From an uncultured Planctomycetota bacterium (GTDB lineage Bacteria > Planctomycetota > Planctomycetia > Pirellulales > Lacipirellulaceae), in assembly GCA_963719315.1 (NCBI GenBank), contig CAVRBU010000001.1:32001-96000 (forward strand): 64,000 nucleotides of DNA. The letters run 5' to 3'. Every line of letters starts with the position of its first letter. Position 1 is the stretch's first letter. The translations under genes and the position numbers were made by a program. Below the pieces are notes generated by a model. That model was given only the letters and a program-made list of their open reading frames with translations, was not told the origin of the DNA and did no database searches. Of this stretch, positions 62,625 to 64,000 are shown in pieces.

Positions 62625-63410
62625 ATGAAGTCTGATTTGAGCGAAAAAATACAGTTGCACATGGTCGATGCGATTCGGAGATCCAAGTTGGAAATTGATC
62701 CGTTTCCACATGCCATAATTTCGGATTTTTTCCCGCCGACGGTGTACGCCGATCTGCTGGCGTTTTTGCCCAAGGACGACCAGTACGAACCATTCGCCTA
62801 TGACAAACATCATTCGGCCAGCGGCGCCAGCAACCGGCTGCGGTTCGGCATGCACAATGAGTGGCTCGACCGATTGAGCGGTGAGCAGCGCCTATTTTGG
62901 TTTGCCGTGCGAGAGTCCCTCGGCGGCGAATTGCTGAAACGCGCCGTGTACGAAAAGATGAGCACTGGCCTGGCATTCCGCTTCTCGGTCGCGGAATCCG
63001 ATGTGAATTCCTTGGCTGGCTATGCGCTGCCCGAGCTCTTTCGCGAACAATCCAGCTACCGGATCAAGCCACATCCCGATACGCGCCGCAAGGTGGTCAC
63101 CATGCAGATCAGCCTGCCGCGCGACGAGTCTCATCCCGAATTGGGCACCGAATTTTACAAGCGTAGCTTGAATCCGCTGTGCATGATGCGCGAGCCGCGC
63201 GGATTTGAAATCGTCAAATGCACTCCGTACTTGCCAAACTCGGCCTATTGCTTTTCGGTTTTGAACAATGTCTCCTGGAAAAGTTGGCACGGCAGATCGA
63301 CCTTGCCTGCCAACTGCGGCGCCCGGAATACGATTCTAAACATTTGGTATCTTCGCCCCGAAGAAGCCAATCTCGACCTTTATAGAGCGTCGTCGCTTGC
63401 CGCAGCCTGA
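62625..63410 (+). CDS. 2OG-Fe(II) oxygenase-like protein
   Basis: DPFPH, YRIKPHPD, LGTEFY, SWHG...R facial-triad pattern. Confidence 0.75.
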   Translation: MKSDLSEKIQLHMVDAIRRSKLEIDPFPHAIISDFFPPTVYADLLAFLPKDDQYEPFAYDKHHSASGASNRLRFGMHNEWLDRLSGEQRLFWFAVRESLGGELLKRAVYEKMSTGLAFRFSVAESDVNSLAGYALPELFREQSSYRIKPHPDTRRKVVTMQISLPRDESHPELGTEFYKRSLNPLCMMREPRGFEIVKCTPYLPNSAYCFSVLNNVSWKSWHGRSTLPANCGARNTILNIWYLRPEEANLDLYRASSLAAA

Positions 63411-63455
63411 GCCCGGCTCCCCCCTCGCATTTCGATAAGGCTTTGGAAACGGCGG

Positions 63456-64000
63456 CTATTGGCCGCCGCTTCTGTCGCCAAAAAGACTGGTCTTGATCAT
63501 CCGCCACAGCGCGAGCATCAAGCTCAGCAAAACCAGGCACACGACCAGCACCGCCGGCACCAGCCAACCCGCGGCAAAAAGCTGCTGCCCCCACATCCAG
63601 ATCGGCCCCCATTGGACGACCACCGCCGCTGCTCCCAGGCATAAAAACGGTCCATACGGAATCACGTCATCGCGGCGGAACACGAACTGCGCGATGCCGG
63701 CCAGCAGCCCGGCAAACGGCGCGAGAAAGAACGCGATGAGACACGCCTGCCAACCGAGAAATGTTCCGACCATCATCATCAGCGTGACATCGCCAAAGCC
63801 CATCGCCTCGCGGCGCAACGCCGCGGTGCCGATCAATCGCACCGCCCACACGAGTCCGCCACTTCCCACCAGTCCAACGAGCGCGGTCAGCAACCCGGCC
63901 CAGTGTTTTTCAGTAAATGCCCACACGCACACGATGGCCAGCGAGCCGGATACGAGCAGCAAACGCAACGGCGGACGGGCGAATTCGCGTTGCAACCGGC
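63456..64000 (-). CDS. A24 family prepilin peptidase, 5'-truncated by window edge
   Basis: EAMGFGDVTLM...GTFLGW, IPYGPFL. Confidence 0.85.
   Translation of the reverse strand, partial: RLQREFARPPLRLLLVSGSLAIVCVWAFTEKHWAGLLTALVGLVGSGGLVWAVRLIGTAALRREAMGFGDVTLMMMVGTFLGWQACLIAFFLAPFAGLLAGIAQFVFRRDDVIPYGPFLCLGAAAVVVQWGPIWMWGQQLFAAGWLVPAVLVVCLVLLSLMLALWRMIKTSLFGDRSGGQ

Overview
GC-rich bacterial chromosomal window. DUF1559 prepilin-like gene, PEP-CTERM plus dockerin-like tails and a PQQ propeller point to a planctomycete, probably Pirellulales/Lacipirellulaceae-like (inference). It is gene-dense, and about a dozen single-base frameshifts in otherwise intact genes look like long-read consensus errors. 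Main blocks: (1) 0-10 kb rpiB, GH63-like glucosidase, PQQ propeller, D-aminoacylase, redoxin-cytochrome c-Cu monooxygenase fusion, FAD oxidase, osmC. (2) 10.5-23.7 kb surface-protein locus: RpiR regulator, three copies of a GGATA-N3-TATCC palindrome, a DUF1559/lipoprotein pair, PEP-CTERM proteins with thrombospondin-C-like domains (one an apparent two-part secreted polyprotein with an internal PEP-CTERM followed by a second signal peptide) and a PEP-CTERM metallophosphoesterase. (3) 24-34.6 kb hybrid kinase, Hpt protein and sigma54 activator surrounded by small stress-type genes, most with a -24/-12 motif. (4) 34.7-48.8 kb variant anaerobic purine/urate-catabolism cluster (short ygfK, thrC-like, ygeW, carbamate kinase, ssnA, PLP enzyme, ygeY, fused xdh, MocA-like). 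(5) 48.9-64 kb J-like/LRR protein, a PEP-CTERM serpin interrupted by an IS5 element, cysE, CDF transporter, EF-G paralog, hisA, hisH, OmpA-like lipoprotein, 2OG oxygenase, prepilin peptidase. Intergenic space carries several REP/MITE-like families and heptamer repeats. No rRNA, tRNA or CRISPR array was seen. All calls come from motif recognition by eye; no searches were run.
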